From assembly GCA_963783385.1 (NCBI GenBank), contig CAWANJ010000001.1, positions 480,001 through 544,000 on the forward strand: DNA of 64,000 nt, written 5' to 3'. A program made the position numbers and the translations under genes. The notes beneath the pieces were generated by a model that was given only the letters and a program-made list of their open reading frames with translations, was not told the DNA's origin and made no database searches. The DNA is from an uncultured Gemmatimonadales bacterium. Lineage in GTDB: Bacteria > Gemmatimonadota > Gemmatimonadetes > Palauibacterales > Palauibacteraceae. Shown one piece after another: positions 1 to 10,236 of the stretch (its first letter is position 1; every line of letters starts with the position of its first letter).

Positions 1-2
1 GC

Positions 3-959
3 GGCCTCAAGGGCCCCGACGGGGAGACCTGCCCCGCCAGCAACGAGGGGGAGGTGCTGTACATGCCGGTGCCGGATCCCGGCGGTGTATACAGCGATCC
101 CAATCGTACGGACCAGATCCTGCGCAGCGATCGCAACACGATGCCGCACGAACTCCAGCACCTGATCAGCGCGGAGCAACGGCTGGTCATCGCGGGTGGG
201 GACTTCAACAGCGTCGAGGACGTGTGGCTGGGTGAGGGACTCTCTCACATCGCCGAGGAGGTCGTCGGCCTCAAGGAGATGCAGCGCCAGGCCGGGCAGG
301 ACATTGGCTGGGATGCCATCCTGGGTGACCCCCACACGCTCGACCTGTTCAACACCTTCGAGCTGGACGATTTCGCTCGCCTGGAGTTCTACATGCTCCA
401 ACCGGGCGAGGCGCCGGCCCTGGCCACGACCGATCCCGGCGGAGTCCGCAGCCTTCAGATGCGCGGCTTCGCGTGGGCGCTGCTGCGATGGCTCGCCGAC
501 CGGGTCGGACCCTCGGGAGAGGCGGCGTTCTTCCGTGACCTGGCCAAGGGTGGGCCCAACCTCGAGCGGGGCATCGCCAACATCGAGCAGACCACGGGCC
601 GGCGCTGGGGCGACATCCTGGCGCAGTTCTCGGTGTCGTTGGCCCTGGACAACCGGGCCCCATCGGGCGCCGACGCCGCGTACCAGCTCACGACGTGGGA
701 CCTGCCCGGCATCTTCCAGGGGCTCCACGACAACCCCACGTCCGGCAGCCGTTTCCCGCTGGCGTATCCCCTCGCGGTGACCTCGCTGGGCTTCGAGACG
801 GCCGCGATCGACTTCGAGGTGCGTTCCTCGACGAGCGCCTACTTCGAGCTCACCGCCGACGGGTCCCAGCCGGCGCTGGCCTTCCATCTGACCAGCCAAA
901 GCGGTGGCCCGCCGCCCGTATCCACCTCGCCGCAGATCGTGGTGGTCCGGCTCCGATAG
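3..959 (+). CDS. Zinc metallopeptidase (M30/hyicolysin-like zincin), 5'-truncated by window edge
   Basis: Frame open from base 3 (GLKGPDGETCPASNEGEVLYMPVPDP); HELQH zincin motif followed by WLGEGLSH. Confidence 0.65.
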   Translation, partial: GLKGPDGETCPASNEGEVLYMPVPDPGGVYSDPNRTDQILRSDRNTMPHELQHLISAEQRLVIAGGDFNSVEDVWLGEGLSHIAEEVVGLKEMQRQAGQDIGWDAILGDPHTLDLFNTFELDDFARLEFYMLQPGEAPALATTDPGGVRSLQMRGFAWALLRWLADRVGPSGEAAFFRDLAKGGPNLERGIANIEQTTGRRWGDILAQFSVSLALDNRAPSGADAAYQLTTWDLPGIFQGLHDNPTSGSRFPLAYPLAVTSLGFETAAIDFEVRSSTSAYFELTADGSQPALAFHLTSQSGGPPPVSTSPQIVVVRLR

Positions 960-982
960 TCGAGATGAAGAACGAGGCTGAA

Positions 983-1693
983 ATGACCCGACCGTCCGGC
1001 CCCTCAGGGTTCCTCGCGCTACTGTTGCTCACCGCCGTGGTAGCCGTCGCACCGTCGCCAGTGTCCGCCCAGGCGGACACCGTCGCCACGATGGGCGACA
1101 CGGTCTCCATGGCTCCACTGCCGCCGTCCACGTGGAGAGACCGCGGGGGACTCGAGGCGTTCGTGATCGGGGGGGGCCTCGCTCCCCTGGCCCGTCTCTC
1201 GTCCGATCCCGGCTCCTTCGGTACTCAGGTGTCGTCGGCCCCGATGGTGGGCGGCACGGCAGGGTGGTGGTTGCCGAACGGCTTCGGGGCGGGCGTCCAG
1301 GTACTGTACGCGCCCGCGTCACTCAACATCATCCCGACGGCCTTCCAGGGACCCATCCCGACCAACCTCGGTAACGCCCGCTACCTGGCCGCGACCGCCG
1401 AGGTCCGCTATCGGCTCCTGCTGCGCGGCCCAGCCGGCGTGCTGGCCCCGTACGTGGCGTTGGGAGCCGGTGTTCGACACCTGAACTTCGACCCGATCGC
1501 CAGCCTGGACGTACAGGACACGACGGACCCGGTGGCCACGATCGCCGGCGGAGCCGAGGCGCGCCTGTATGGACCCGTGTCGATGCGGCTGGAGTTGCGG
1601 GATTACGTGTCCCGCTTCACGGCCACGCCCAACTCCCCGGCGCGCACGCAGCACGACATCGCGATCACGTTCGGGCTCGGCATCCTTCCCTGA
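983..1693 (+). CDS. Outer-membrane beta-barrel protein (small, 8-stranded type)
   Basis: GAGG then ATG 983; signal peptide (LALLLLTAVVAVAPSPVSA-Q); amphipathic strands APYVALGAG, MRLELRDY, IAITFGLGI. Confidence 0.7.
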   Translation: MTRPSGPSGFLALLLLTAVVAVAPSPVSAQADTVATMGDTVSMAPLPPSTWRDRGGLEAFVIGGGLAPLARLSSDPGSFGTQVSSAPMVGGTAGWWLPNGFGAGVQVLYAPASLNIIPTAFQGPIPTNLGNARYLAATAEVRYRLLLRGPAGVLAPYVALGAGVRHLNFDPIASLDVQDTTDPVATIAGGAEARLYGPVSMRLELRDYVSRFTATPNSPARTQHDIAITFGLGILP

Positions 1694-2040
1694 TTCGGCG
1701 GGCCGCCCGCCCCCGCGTTCCGCGGGCACCCGGTGCGACGACCCGTCCGAACGCGTCGTAACCATGCATCACCGGCCGGCCCGGGCGTGTCGACCGGGCA
1801 TCCGAGGCACGACTCGGAATCATCGTAAGACGATCCGCCACAACGATATGGCATCGATCGATCGGTAGGGTCGACCCCTAGCACGCTTCTTGACATCGTC
1901 CCTGGGACCTCGGGGGGAACGTATGCCCGTTCAAGGCGGCCTCCGTCCCCTCCCGCCGCGCCCCGGCGCGAGCCGGCCTCACGGCCGGAGAGTCAGCCGA
2001 AGCCGAAGAGGAGAACAGTCGTGCGAACCGCGCTCCGCAC

Positions 2041-3822
2041 ATGTTCAGGACGATCGTGTGCCGATCGTGCGCCCGCGCTCCGCCCCCCTCCATCGGACGA
2101 CCGCCGTCCGTGATCGATCGGGAGGAGGGACCGGGGAGCACGCCGGCGTCGTCGCGCGGCGTGCCGCCGGAGATCCTGCGCGGGGCCATCGAGGCCGCGG
2201 GCGACGGCGTGGCGCTCCTCGATCGACGCGGGCGCATCACCTACGCGAACTCGTGCTACGCGGGCCTGTTCGGATTCGACCGACCGCGCAGCTTGATCGG
2301 CCTGCACTGGTCCTTCCTCCATCCTGAGGCGGAAGCCGCCCGACTCCGTCGGGAGGCGCCACGCGCCCTCGAGGCCCACGGATTCTGGCGAGGAGACGCG
2401 ATCGGACGCCGCCGCGACGGCTCCGAGATACCGCTCGACCTCTCGGTCACCCGCGTGCCGGACGGCCGACTCCTGTGCGTGGCCCGCGACATCTCCCTAC
2501 GACGCGCCCGGGAGGAGCAGCTCGAGCAGCTCGCGTACCGCGATCCACTCACCGGGCTCGCGAACCGGCGCGTGCTGCGTGAGCGGGCCGAGCAGGCCCT
2601 CGCGCTGGCACGCCGAGGCGATTCGCAGGTGGCCCTCCTCTACCTGGACCTCGTGGGCTTCAAGGAGATCAACGACCAGCTCGGCCACCTGGCCGGGGAC
2701 CAGGTGCTCGAGGAGGTGGCGCGGCGACTCACCGGTGCGATCCGAGACGCCGACACGGCCGCCAGGATCGGAGGCGACGAGTTCGCCGTGCTGCTTTCCG
2801 AGATCGAGGGGGAGGGCGGCGCCCTGCAGGCCGCCCGCCGCGTGCAGGAGGCGTTCGAGCGGCCGTTCGAGGCGGACGGCCACACGCTGGAGATCGTTAT
2901 CTCCATCGGCCTGGCCCTGTTCCCGACCTACGCCTCGACCTTCGACGCGATGTTGGACCAGGCCGACATGGCCATGTACGGCGCGCGCCGATTGAAGTCG
3001 GGTGGAATCCAGATCTATCGCGGCGGCGACGCCGAAGCGGAGGGCGGTCGCGCCGACCTGATCGCCGAGCTCCACGATGCGGTGCGACACTACCGACTGG
3101 CGCTTCACTACCAGCCCGTGCGGGACCTGGCCACGGGGGAGCGGGTGGGGTCGGAGGCCCTGGTCCGGTGGCCGCATCCGCGGCTGGGTATCCTGTGCGC
3201 GTCCAAGTTCGTCCCGCTGATCGGGGATCCGGCCCTGGTCCGGCGACTGGACCGCTGGGTCCTGGCCTCCGCCCTCGTCCAGCTGCAGGCCTGTCAGCGT
3301 GCCGGCTCCCGGGAGTGGCTGGCCATCCACCTCTCCGAGGCTTCACTTCACGATGAGGGGCTGGAGGCCTACGTGGAGCGCGTGCTGAGCGCCATGGGCG
3401 GGATCGATCCCACGAAGCTGCTGCTGGAGTTTCCCGCCCGCAGCGTCCTGCGCGGCTCCGGCCCCGCCGGGGAGCGCCTGTCCGCGCTACGGGGGCTGGG
3501 CGTGTCCGTGGCCGTGGACGGCCTCTCGGGCGGACACAGCTCCATGGCCTTCCTGCAGGGCCTCCCGGCCACCAGCCTCAACCTGGATCGTGGATTCGTG
3601 GCCGGAATCGGCCGCGAGTCGTTCGAGGAGGAGGTGCTCCAAACCGTCATCGAACTCGCCCACGCCATGCGGCTGCGCGTGCGGGCCAAGGGGATCGAGC
3701 GGGAGGAGCAGCGAGAGTGGCTCCGGCAGGCCGGCTGCGACTTCGGCCAGGGCTTCCTCCTCGGCTGGATCCTGCCGCCCGAAGAGATGTCGGGCTGGAA
3801 CGGCGACGGTAGCGCTCCCTAG
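2041..3822 (+). CDS. PAS-GGDEF-EAL c-di-GMP signalling protein, EAL degenerate (start uncertain; GTG 2110 or 2161 possible)
   Basis: PAS (ITYAN...RRRDGSEIPLDLSVT), DPLTGLANR, RxxD I-site plus GGDEF, YQP..EALVRW, GCDFGQGF. Confidence 0.9.
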   Translation: MFRTIVCRSCARAPPPSIGRPPSVIDREEGPGSTPASSRGVPPEILRGAIEAAGDGVALLDRRGRITYANSCYAGLFGFDRPRSLIGLHWSFLHPEAEAARLRREAPRALEAHGFWRGDAIGRRRDGSEIPLDLSVTRVPDGRLLCVARDISLRRAREEQLEQLAYRDPLTGLANRRVLRERAEQALALARRGDSQVALLYLDLVGFKEINDQLGHLAGDQVLEEVARRLTGAIRDADTAARIGGDEFAVLLSEIEGEGGALQAARRVQEAFERPFEADGHTLEIVISIGLALFPTYASTFDAMLDQADMAMYGARRLKSGGIQIYRGGDAEAEGGRADLIAELHDAVRHYRLALHYQPVRDLATGERVGSEALVRWPHPRLGILCASKFVPLIGDPALVRRLDRWVLASALVQLQACQRAGSREWLAIHLSEASLHDEGLEAYVERVLSAMGGIDPTKLLLEFPARSVLRGSGPAGERLSALRGLGVSVAVDGLSGGHSSMAFLQGLPATSLNLDRGFVAGIGRESFEEEVLQTVIELAHAMRLRVRAKGIEREEQREWLRQAGCDFGQGFLLGWILPPEEMSGWNGDGSAP

Positions 3823-3847
3823 TCCTCGCTCCCGCCCGCCCCGCTCG

Positions 3848-4300
3848 TCAGGCCGCGGCGCCGACCTCCGACGTGCAGTGCCCACAGCGCGTGGCCTCGA
3901 TCGGAATCGTCATCCGGCAGAACGGACACTCCTTCTGGCTCGGCGGCGGCGGCGCCTCTTCGGCCTGTCGTCGCAGCCGGTTGTAGCCCTTGACCATGAG
4001 GAATATGGCCAGGGCGATGATCAAGAAGGAGAGGACGTTGTTGATGAACACGCCGTAGTTGATCGTCGGGGCCCCGGCCTTCTGCGCATCCGGCAGGGAG
4101 GCGTAAGGCGTTCCCGAGAGGTTGATGAACAGGTTGGAGAAGTCGAGTCCGCCGGCCAGCAGGCCGATCGGGGGCATGAGCACATCCGCCACGAAGGACT
4201 TGACCACGGTTCCGAATGCACCGCCGATAACGATGCCGACCGCCAGGTCGAACACGTTGCCACGGGCGATGAAGTCGCGGAACTCCGTTCGAACGCTCAT
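3848..4300 (-). CDS. mscL: Large-conductance mechanosensitive channel with C-terminal zinc-ribbon
   Basis: [24 protein letters not shown] signature; C-terminal CPFC...CGHC. Confidence 0.95.
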   Translation of the reverse strand: MSVRTEFRDFIARGNVFDLAVGIVIGGAFGTVVKSFVADVLMPPIGLLAGGLDFSNLFINLSGTPYASLPDAQKAGAPTINYGVFINNVLSFLIIALAIFLMVKGYNRLRRQAEEAPPPPSQKECPFCRMTIPIEATRCGHCTSEVGAAA

Positions 4301-4404
4301 GGGGACTCTCCGGGGAAGGAGTGCGCGAGTCGCACAGACCCCTTCAAGTTACAGCGTTTGCCACGTTCGACAAGCGGGCGCGACGGGGAGCCGCGCCCGG
4401 GGGC

Positions 4405-4815
4405 TCAGGTCGGACCCAGGTGAGTCCTCCAGGTCCGGGACACGATCACGTCCCTCGCGCGCTCCCTCGTGCCGCCCCTCGGCGGGGCCTTCTCCCTGAG
4501 GTCGGCGGCCACCAACCGGTAGTACTCGGCGGCCCGCCGGGCGAGAGCGGATCGATCTTCCGGACAGGCGGCGCCCTCCGGGGGATCCACCCGGACCTTC
4601 CCCTCCCCGTAGGCCATCGTCTCGGACTGCCGAACGTCGAGACAGCACGTGCCCACCGGCACCCGGTCGGATCCCACCACCTCGAAATAGAGCCGCGAGG
4701 CGATCTGTCCCTCCTCCGCGATGCGCGTGGCATCGAAGAGACAGCCGTGAAACACGATCATGCTCTCCGCCTGTTCCATGGTCGCCACCGGTCGGGGGAT
4801 CGGAGACGGCATCAC
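4405..4815 (-). CDS. Hypothetical protein
   Basis: ORF with globular-looking composition filling the gap between mscL and the divergent VPS10 gene. Confidence 0.5.
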   Translation of the reverse strand: MMPSPIPRPVATMEQAESMIVFHGCLFDATRIAEEGQIASRLYFEVVGSDRVPVGTCCLDVRQSETMAYGEGKVRVDPPEGAACPEDRSALARRAAEYYRLVAADLREKAPPRGGTRERARDVIVSRTWRTHLGPT

Positions 4816-5153
4816 CGCCGATCGAATTCACCCCTGCCAAGCGCAAGAGGCACACCCGACGGGGTCCCATGGAGACACGATCGAACAAGCCATTGCGTCA
4901 CATGGACCTACGATCGCGATCTCACGAAGCGCTCCGATCGGAGACCGGGGCGGACCTTGCATTCCGACACGCCGCTTGCAGGACGAGAGGCACGGCGGCG
5001 GGCCGCCCGGCCGAACACGGTGGCCGATCCGCCACGGGCGCCCCATCTTGCAGCCGCCGCGCTTCAGAGACGCGCCGTCGGGCGGCGCCACCGGAGGAGC
5101 CGTGCGGGCGCGTTCGCATGCCGAGCAGCAGGAGGGTCGAGGTGGAGCATCGC

Positions 5154-7994
5154 ATGCCATCCAGGTCGGGAACGATACGTCGAGCCGTGCGGGCGGCGCC
5201 CCTGGCGGCGCTCACCCTGTGGGCCGCGGCCGCACCGCTCGCCGCTCGCACCGGACCGGCGATCGGGACCGGCGGCCTCCGGGCCGACACCACGCCGACC
5301 GCCGCAGCGCCGCGCCGACTCACCGACACTCTCCTCGAGCCGTTCCGTTACCGGTTCATCGGGCCGTCGAATCCCTCGGGGCGCGTGACGGCCATCGCCG
5401 TGCCCGACACGGCCGGCCACCGGATCGCCTACGCGGGGCTCGCGTCCGGGGGCGTGTGGAAGACCACCAACGCCGGCACGACCTGGATGTCCGTGTTCGA
5501 CCACGAAGGGAGCTCCTCGGTGGGCGACATCGCCGTGGCCCCGTGGAACCATCGGGTGGTCTGGGTCGGCACCGGCGAGCGCAACTCCCTGCGCTCCCAG
5601 ACCTGGGGAGACGGTGTCTACCGCTCCGGGGACGGGGGCAAGACCTGGAAGAAGGTGGGCCTGAAGGATACGCGCGAGATCGGCCGGATCGCCATCGACC
5701 CCGTGGACAGCGGCGTGGTGTACGTGGCCGCCCTCGGCCACCTGTGGGGGCCCGACCCCGAGCGCGGCGTCTACAAGACGGTGGACGGCGGCAAGAGCTG
5801 GAAGAAGATCCTGTTCGTGGACGACACGACCGGGTTCGTGGACCTGAGAATCGACCCGAAGAACCCGAACGTGCTGTACGCGGCCGGCTGGCACCGGCTG
5901 CGCTGGGGGGGCGGCAAGATGGAGGGAGCCGGCGCCGGCAGCGGGATCTGGCGCACGCGGGACGCTGGCGCCACGTGGACGCGGCTCACCGCGCCCGGGG
6001 ACGAGCACGGGCTCCCGTCCAGGGACCTGGGCCGGATCGGGCTCGCGGTCTACCCGCGCAGCCCCAACGTCGTGTACGCGGTCATACAGGTGGCCCACGG
6101 GTCGAAGAACCCGAGCGTGAGTCCGTTCGGAGGACTGTTCCGCACCGAGGACGGCGGGGACCACTGGGCCCGGGTCAACGACCTCTCGGCCGTGCCCGAC
6201 TACTACTACAACGAGGTGTGGGTCGACCCGAACGACAGCACCGACGTGTATCTGGGCGCCACGCGGCTCTTCCACTCCACGGACGGCGGCCGAACGTTCT
6301 CTGCCGTCCGCTACCGTAACGTGCACGTGGACAACCACGCGGTGTGGTTCGACCCCGACGACTCCCATCACATGCTGCTCGGCAACGACGGGGGCGTCTA
6401 CCAGAGCTTCGACGGCGGCGAAAGCTGGGCCCACCAGCTCATCCCGGCCAGCCAGTTCTACGAGGTCGACATCGACACGACCAAGGTGCCCTACCAGGTG
6501 TGCGGCGGCCTGCAGGACAACGGCGTGTGGTGCGGCCCGAGCCGCACCCGCGAGCGGATGGGCATCACCGCGGCTGACTGGTACACGGTCTACGGCGGGG
6601 ACGGGTTCAGCTCCGCCGTGTCCGCGGACAGTCCGCAGATCCGCTACGCCGAGTACCAGTACGGCAACATCGGGCGGCTCGACGTGGTCGACTGGCACAC
6701 GGAGAGCGTGAAGCCGGCGGCCGAGGACGCTGGCGCCGAGAGCGGCTATCCCTTCCGGTGGGACTGGAACACGCCATTCGTGATCTCGAGCCACGACCCG
6801 ACGGTCCTCTACCTGGGCGGGAACTACCTGTTCAAGCTCACCGACCGCGGCCGTGACTGGAAGATCCTGGGGCCCGACATGACCCGCGCCAACCGCTTCC
6901 ATCCCGAGCCGGACAGCGCCCACACCTCGTATCACTCGCTGCACTCGGTGGCCGAATCGGCCCTGGACGGCCGCGTCCTGTGGACGGGCTCCAACGACGG
7001 CCTCCTGTGGGTGAGCACGGACGCGGGCGAGACGTGGCGGAACGTCACCGCCGACCTCCCCGGCGGGGGCCCGGCGCCGCCGTGCTGGGTGAGCGAGATC
7101 GAGACGTCACGCTTCGACGCCAACGGGGCCTTCGTGACTTACGACTGTCACCGCCGCGACGACTACGATCCCTACGTGTACCGGACCACGGACGCGGGCC
7201 GGACCTGGACCGACATCACGGGCGATCTGCCGAAGGAGAGCTCCACCTTCGTGATCCGGCAGGACCCGGTGAACCGGGATCTCCTGTTCGTGGGCACCCA
7301 CGACGGCGTTTTCGCCAGCATCCGGGGCGGGAATCACTGGGCGAAGCTGGGCGAAAACCTCCCCACCACGGAGGTGCGGGACCTGGCGATAGTGCCCCGC
7401 ACGAAGGAACTGGTCGTGGGGAGCTTCGGGCGGGGCGTGTACATCCTGGACATCGCGGCGCTGGAGCAGGTGACGCCGGCCGTGCTCGGGGACTCGCTCC
7501 ACCTGTTCGATCCCGCCCCAGCACGGCAGTTCGAGCAGCGCAACACCTACGGGTCGCAGGGCGCGTCCTTCTTCCGGGCCGGCGCCACACCGCCCTCGGC
7601 CACGATCACCTACTGGGTGGGGCACGACCTGGGCAAGGACGTCAAGATCGAGATCCGCCGCGTCTCGGACGACACGACGGCAAGCGCGGTGGGCGCGGCG
7701 GCCACGGACTCCGGCGCGGCACGGGGGTCCGGGCGCGGAGGCCAGGGCGGCGCGGGCAAGTCGATCCGCACGCTGACGGGCCCGGGCACGGTGGGCTTCC
7801 ACGTCCTCACCTGGGACCTCGAACGCGGCGAGCCCCGTCCCCGGGAGATGGGAGGCCCGACCAGCCCGTCGGAGCTCCGGCGGGTGCTGCCCGGCACCTT
7901 CCGGGTGGTGCTGAAGGCCGACGGCGCCTCGCGAGAGGCCGACCTGGTGGTGCGGAGCGGCTGGCCCGAGCGCACGCCGGGCCGGGTGCGTTAG
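5154..7994 (+). CDS. Secreted VPS10/sortilin-like BNR (Asp-box) beta-propeller protein, putative glycosyl hydrolase
   Basis: GGAG then ATG 5154; signal peptide; RFIGP..SGRV, SGGVWKTTNAGTTW, many S/TxDGGxTW Asp-boxes, GGLQDNG. Confidence 0.88.
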   Translation: MPSRSGTIRRAVRAAPLAALTLWAAAAPLAARTGPAIGTGGLRADTTPTAAAPRRLTDTLLEPFRYRFIGPSNPSGRVTAIAVPDTAGHRIAYAGLASGGVWKTTNAGTTWMSVFDHEGSSSVGDIAVAPWNHRVVWVGTGERNSLRSQTWGDGVYRSGDGGKTWKKVGLKDTREIGRIAIDPVDSGVVYVAALGHLWGPDPERGVYKTVDGGKSWKKILFVDDTTGFVDLRIDPKNPNVLYAAGWHRLRWGGGKMEGAGAGSGIWRTRDAGATWTRLTAPGDEHGLPSRDLGRIGLAVYPRSPNVVYAVIQVAHGSKNPSVSPFGGLFRTEDGGDHWARVNDLSAVPDYYYNEVWVDPNDSTDVYLGATRLFHSTDGGRTFSAVRYRNVHVDNHAVWFDPDDSHHMLLGNDGGVYQSFDGGESWAHQLIPASQFYEVDIDTTKVPYQVCGGLQDNGVWCGPSRTRERMGITAADWYTVYGGDGFSSAVSADSPQIRYAEYQYGNIGRLDVVDWHTESVKPAAEDAGAESGYPFRWDWNTPFVISSHDPTVLYLGGNYLFKLTDRGRDWKILGPDMTRANRFHPEPDSAHTSYHSLHSVAESALDGRVLWTGSNDGLLWVSTDAGETWRNVTADLPGGGPAPPCWVSEIETSRFDANGAFVTYDCHRRDDYDPYVYRTTDAGRTWTDITGDLPKESSTFVIRQDPVNRDLLFVGTHDGVFASIRGGNHWAKLGENLPTTEVRDLAIVPRTKELVVGSFGRGVYILDIAALEQVTPAVLGDSLHLFDPAPARQFEQRNTYGSQGASFFRAGATPPSATITYWVGHDLGKDVKIEIRRVSDDTTASAVGAAATDSGAARGSGRGGQGGAGKSIRTLTGPGTVGFHVLTWDLERGEPRPREMGGPTSPSELRRVLPGTFRVVLKADGASREADLVVRSGWPERTPGRVR

Positions 7995-8095
7995 ATGGCG
8001 CGGCATAGGATGGCGGCCGCGGGGACGCGGCACGGAGCGGCGGGGACGCGGTGGGCGAGAGCCGCAGTCGGGATGTGCGACGCGGAGGAGGCCCC

Positions 8096-8962
8096 GTGCG
8101 CCTGGTGACCTTCGCCGGCCCGGACGAGCCCGCCGTGGGGGCGCTCCGCGGTGACCACGTGGTGGACCTCCGGACCGTGATGTCGGAGCCGCCGGCCTCC
8201 GTGCGGGAGATCCTCGCCGCGGGCGCGGCCGCCCTGGACCGGGTGGAGCGCGCCGCGTCGGAGGCACCGGAGGAAGCGCTCCACCCCCTGGAGACTCTGA
8301 CTCTGCTGCCGCCGGTCCCCGATCCGGGCAAGGTCCTGTGCCTGGGCCTCAACTACGCGGAGCACGCGGCGGAGAGCGGACACGAGCCGCCGGCTCATCC
8401 CGCCATCTTCATGCGCAGCCGCACCTCCCTGGTCGGGCACGGCGGACCGCTCGTCCGTCCCCGGCTCTCCGAGCAGCTCGACTACGAGGGGGAGCTCGCC
8501 GTGGTGATCGGCCGTTCCGCCCGGCACGTGTCCGAGGAGGACGCGCTGGACCACGTGGCCGGCTACGCGCCCTTCGACGACGGGTCCGTGCGGGAGGTCC
8601 AGTACTGGACGGCGCAGTGGACCCTGGGCAAGAACTTCGACTCCACAGGGGGGTTCGGCCCCGCCCTCGTCACGGCCGACGAGGTGCCGCCCGGCGCGGC
8701 CGGCCTGCGCATCCGGACGCGGGTGGACGGGGAGACCCTCCAGGATGGCAACACCGCCGACATGCTGTTCACCGTGCCCCGCATCGTGTCGCTGCTCTCG
8801 GATGTGTGCACGCTCGAGCCAGGGGACGTGATCATCACCGGCACGCCCTCCGGCGTCGGCAAGGCGCGCACGCCGCCCCGCTGGCTTCGACCGGGCGAGG
8901 TGGTCGAAGTCGAGATCGAGGGGCTGGGCGTGCTGCGGAACCGCGTCGGGGAGGAGGCATGA
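8096..8962 (+). CDS. Fumarylacetoacetate hydrolase family protein
   Basis: GGAGGAG then GTG 8096; CLGLNYAEH, LDYEGEL, GKNFD, GDVIITGTPSGVG. Confidence 0.93.
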   Translation: MRLVTFAGPDEPAVGALRGDHVVDLRTVMSEPPASVREILAAGAAALDRVERAASEAPEEALHPLETLTLLPPVPDPGKVLCLGLNYAEHAAESGHEPPAHPAIFMRSRTSLVGHGGPLVRPRLSEQLDYEGELAVVIGRSARHVSEEDALDHVAGYAPFDDGSVREVQYWTAQWTLGKNFDSTGGFGPALVTADEVPPGAAGLRIRTRVDGETLQDGNTADMLFTVPRIVSLLSDVCTLEPGDVIITGTPSGVGKARTPPRWLRPGEVVEVEIEGLGVLRNRVGEEA

Positions 8963-10236
8963 CGACCGACGACGGGAGGCCGGTGCACGCGGCGGAAGGC
9001 ATCCTGCCGGTCGACGTGATCCGGGCGGCCTTCCCCGCCCTGGAGCGGCGGTGCGCCGGGCACCCCGTGGCCTACTTCGACGGACCGGGCGGCACCCAGG
9101 TGCCGCGTCCGGTGGCCGACACCGTCTACGACTACCTCCTCCGCCACAACGCCAACACCGGCTGGGCCTATCCCACCAGCGCCGAGACCGACGCGATCAT
9201 CGAGGAGGCCCGGGGCGCGATGGCCGACTTCCTGGGCTGCGCGCCGGACGAGGTGGCGTTCGGGGCGAACATGACCACCCTCACTTTCCACGTGTCGCGG
9301 GCCATCGGCCGCGCGCTGCCGCCGGACGCCGAGATCGTGGTCACCGAGCTGGACCACCATGCCAACGTGGACCCGTGGCGAGAGATGGCACGGGACCGGG
9401 GGCTCGAGGTACGGACCGTTCCCCTCCGTCCGGAGACCGGAACCCTGGACTACGAACGCCTCGAGGCGCTCCTCTCCCCGCGCACGGGCGTGGTCGCGGT
9501 CGGGGTCGCCTCCAATGCGCTCGGCACCGTGAACGACGTGGAGCGAATCGGTGCTCTGGTTCGGGAGCGCACCGACGCGTTGTGGTTCCTGGACGCGGTG
9601 CACTCGGCCGCCCACCGCCTGCCGGACGTGCGGGCGCCGGCCTGCGACTTCCTCGTGTGCTCGCCCTACAAGTTCTACGGCCCGCACACCGGGGTGCTGT
9701 ACGGACGCCGCGACCGGATCGAGGCGCTCGACGTCCCGCGGTTGCTGCCGGCCCACGACAGCTCACCCGAGCGCCTCGAGACGGGGACCCTGAACCACGA
9801 GGGGATCGCGGGGATCGCGGCCGCCGTGGACTTCCTGGCGTCGCTGGCGGGCTCCAGCGCGGACCGGCGACCGGCCCTGGGGGACGCCTTCCGGGGACTC
9901 CACGCCCGGGGAGAGGCGCTCTTCCGTCTGCTGTGGGAGGAGATGGAGAGCATCCCCGGCGTCCGCCTGTACGGCCCGCCGCCCGGACAGCCCCGCACGC
10001 CCACCCTGGCGTTCACCGTCGGCGACCTGCCCTCCCGGGAGGTGGCGCGCCGCCTGGCCGACGGATTTGGCGTCTTCTGCTCGCACGGGGACTTCTACGC
10101 CGCCACGGTGGTGCAACGGCTCGGGATGGCGGAGGCCGGCCTGGTCCGGGCCGGCTGCGCCTGCTACACCTCGGACGAGGAGGTCCACCGCCTGGCCGAA
10201 GGCGTTCGGGCGATCGCGGAGGGCTCAACGGGCTGA
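8959..10236 (+). CDS. Cysteine desulfurase-like protein (class V aminotransferase, VC1184-like)
   Basis: ATGA overlap with FAH gene; YFDGPGGTQVP, ELDHHAN, CSPYKFYGPH (PLP lysine), ETGT. Confidence 0.9.
   Translation: MTTDDGRPVHAAEGILPVDVIRAAFPALERRCAGHPVAYFDGPGGTQVPRPVADTVYDYLLRHNANTGWAYPTSAETDAIIEEARGAMADFLGCAPDEVAFGANMTTLTFHVSRAIGRALPPDAEIVVTELDHHANVDPWREMARDRGLEVRTVPLRPETGTLDYERLEALLSPRTGVVAVGVASNALGTVNDVERIGALVRERTDALWFLDAVHSAAHRLPDVRAPACDFLVCSPYKFYGPHTGVLYGRRDRIEALDVPRLLPAHDSSPERLETGTLNHEGIAGIAAAVDFLASLAGSSADRRPALGDAFRGLHARGEALFRLLWEEMESIPGVRLYGPPPGQPRTPTLAFTVGDLPSREVARRLADGFGVFCSHGDFYAATVVQRLGMAEAGLVRAGCACYTSDEEVHRLAEGVRAIAEGSTG

Noticed and set aside
1694-2040. c-di-GMP riboswitch upstream of the GGDEF-EAL gene
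   Set aside because: Consensus elements of class I or II not recognisable by eye; an Rfam scan is needed to exclude it fully
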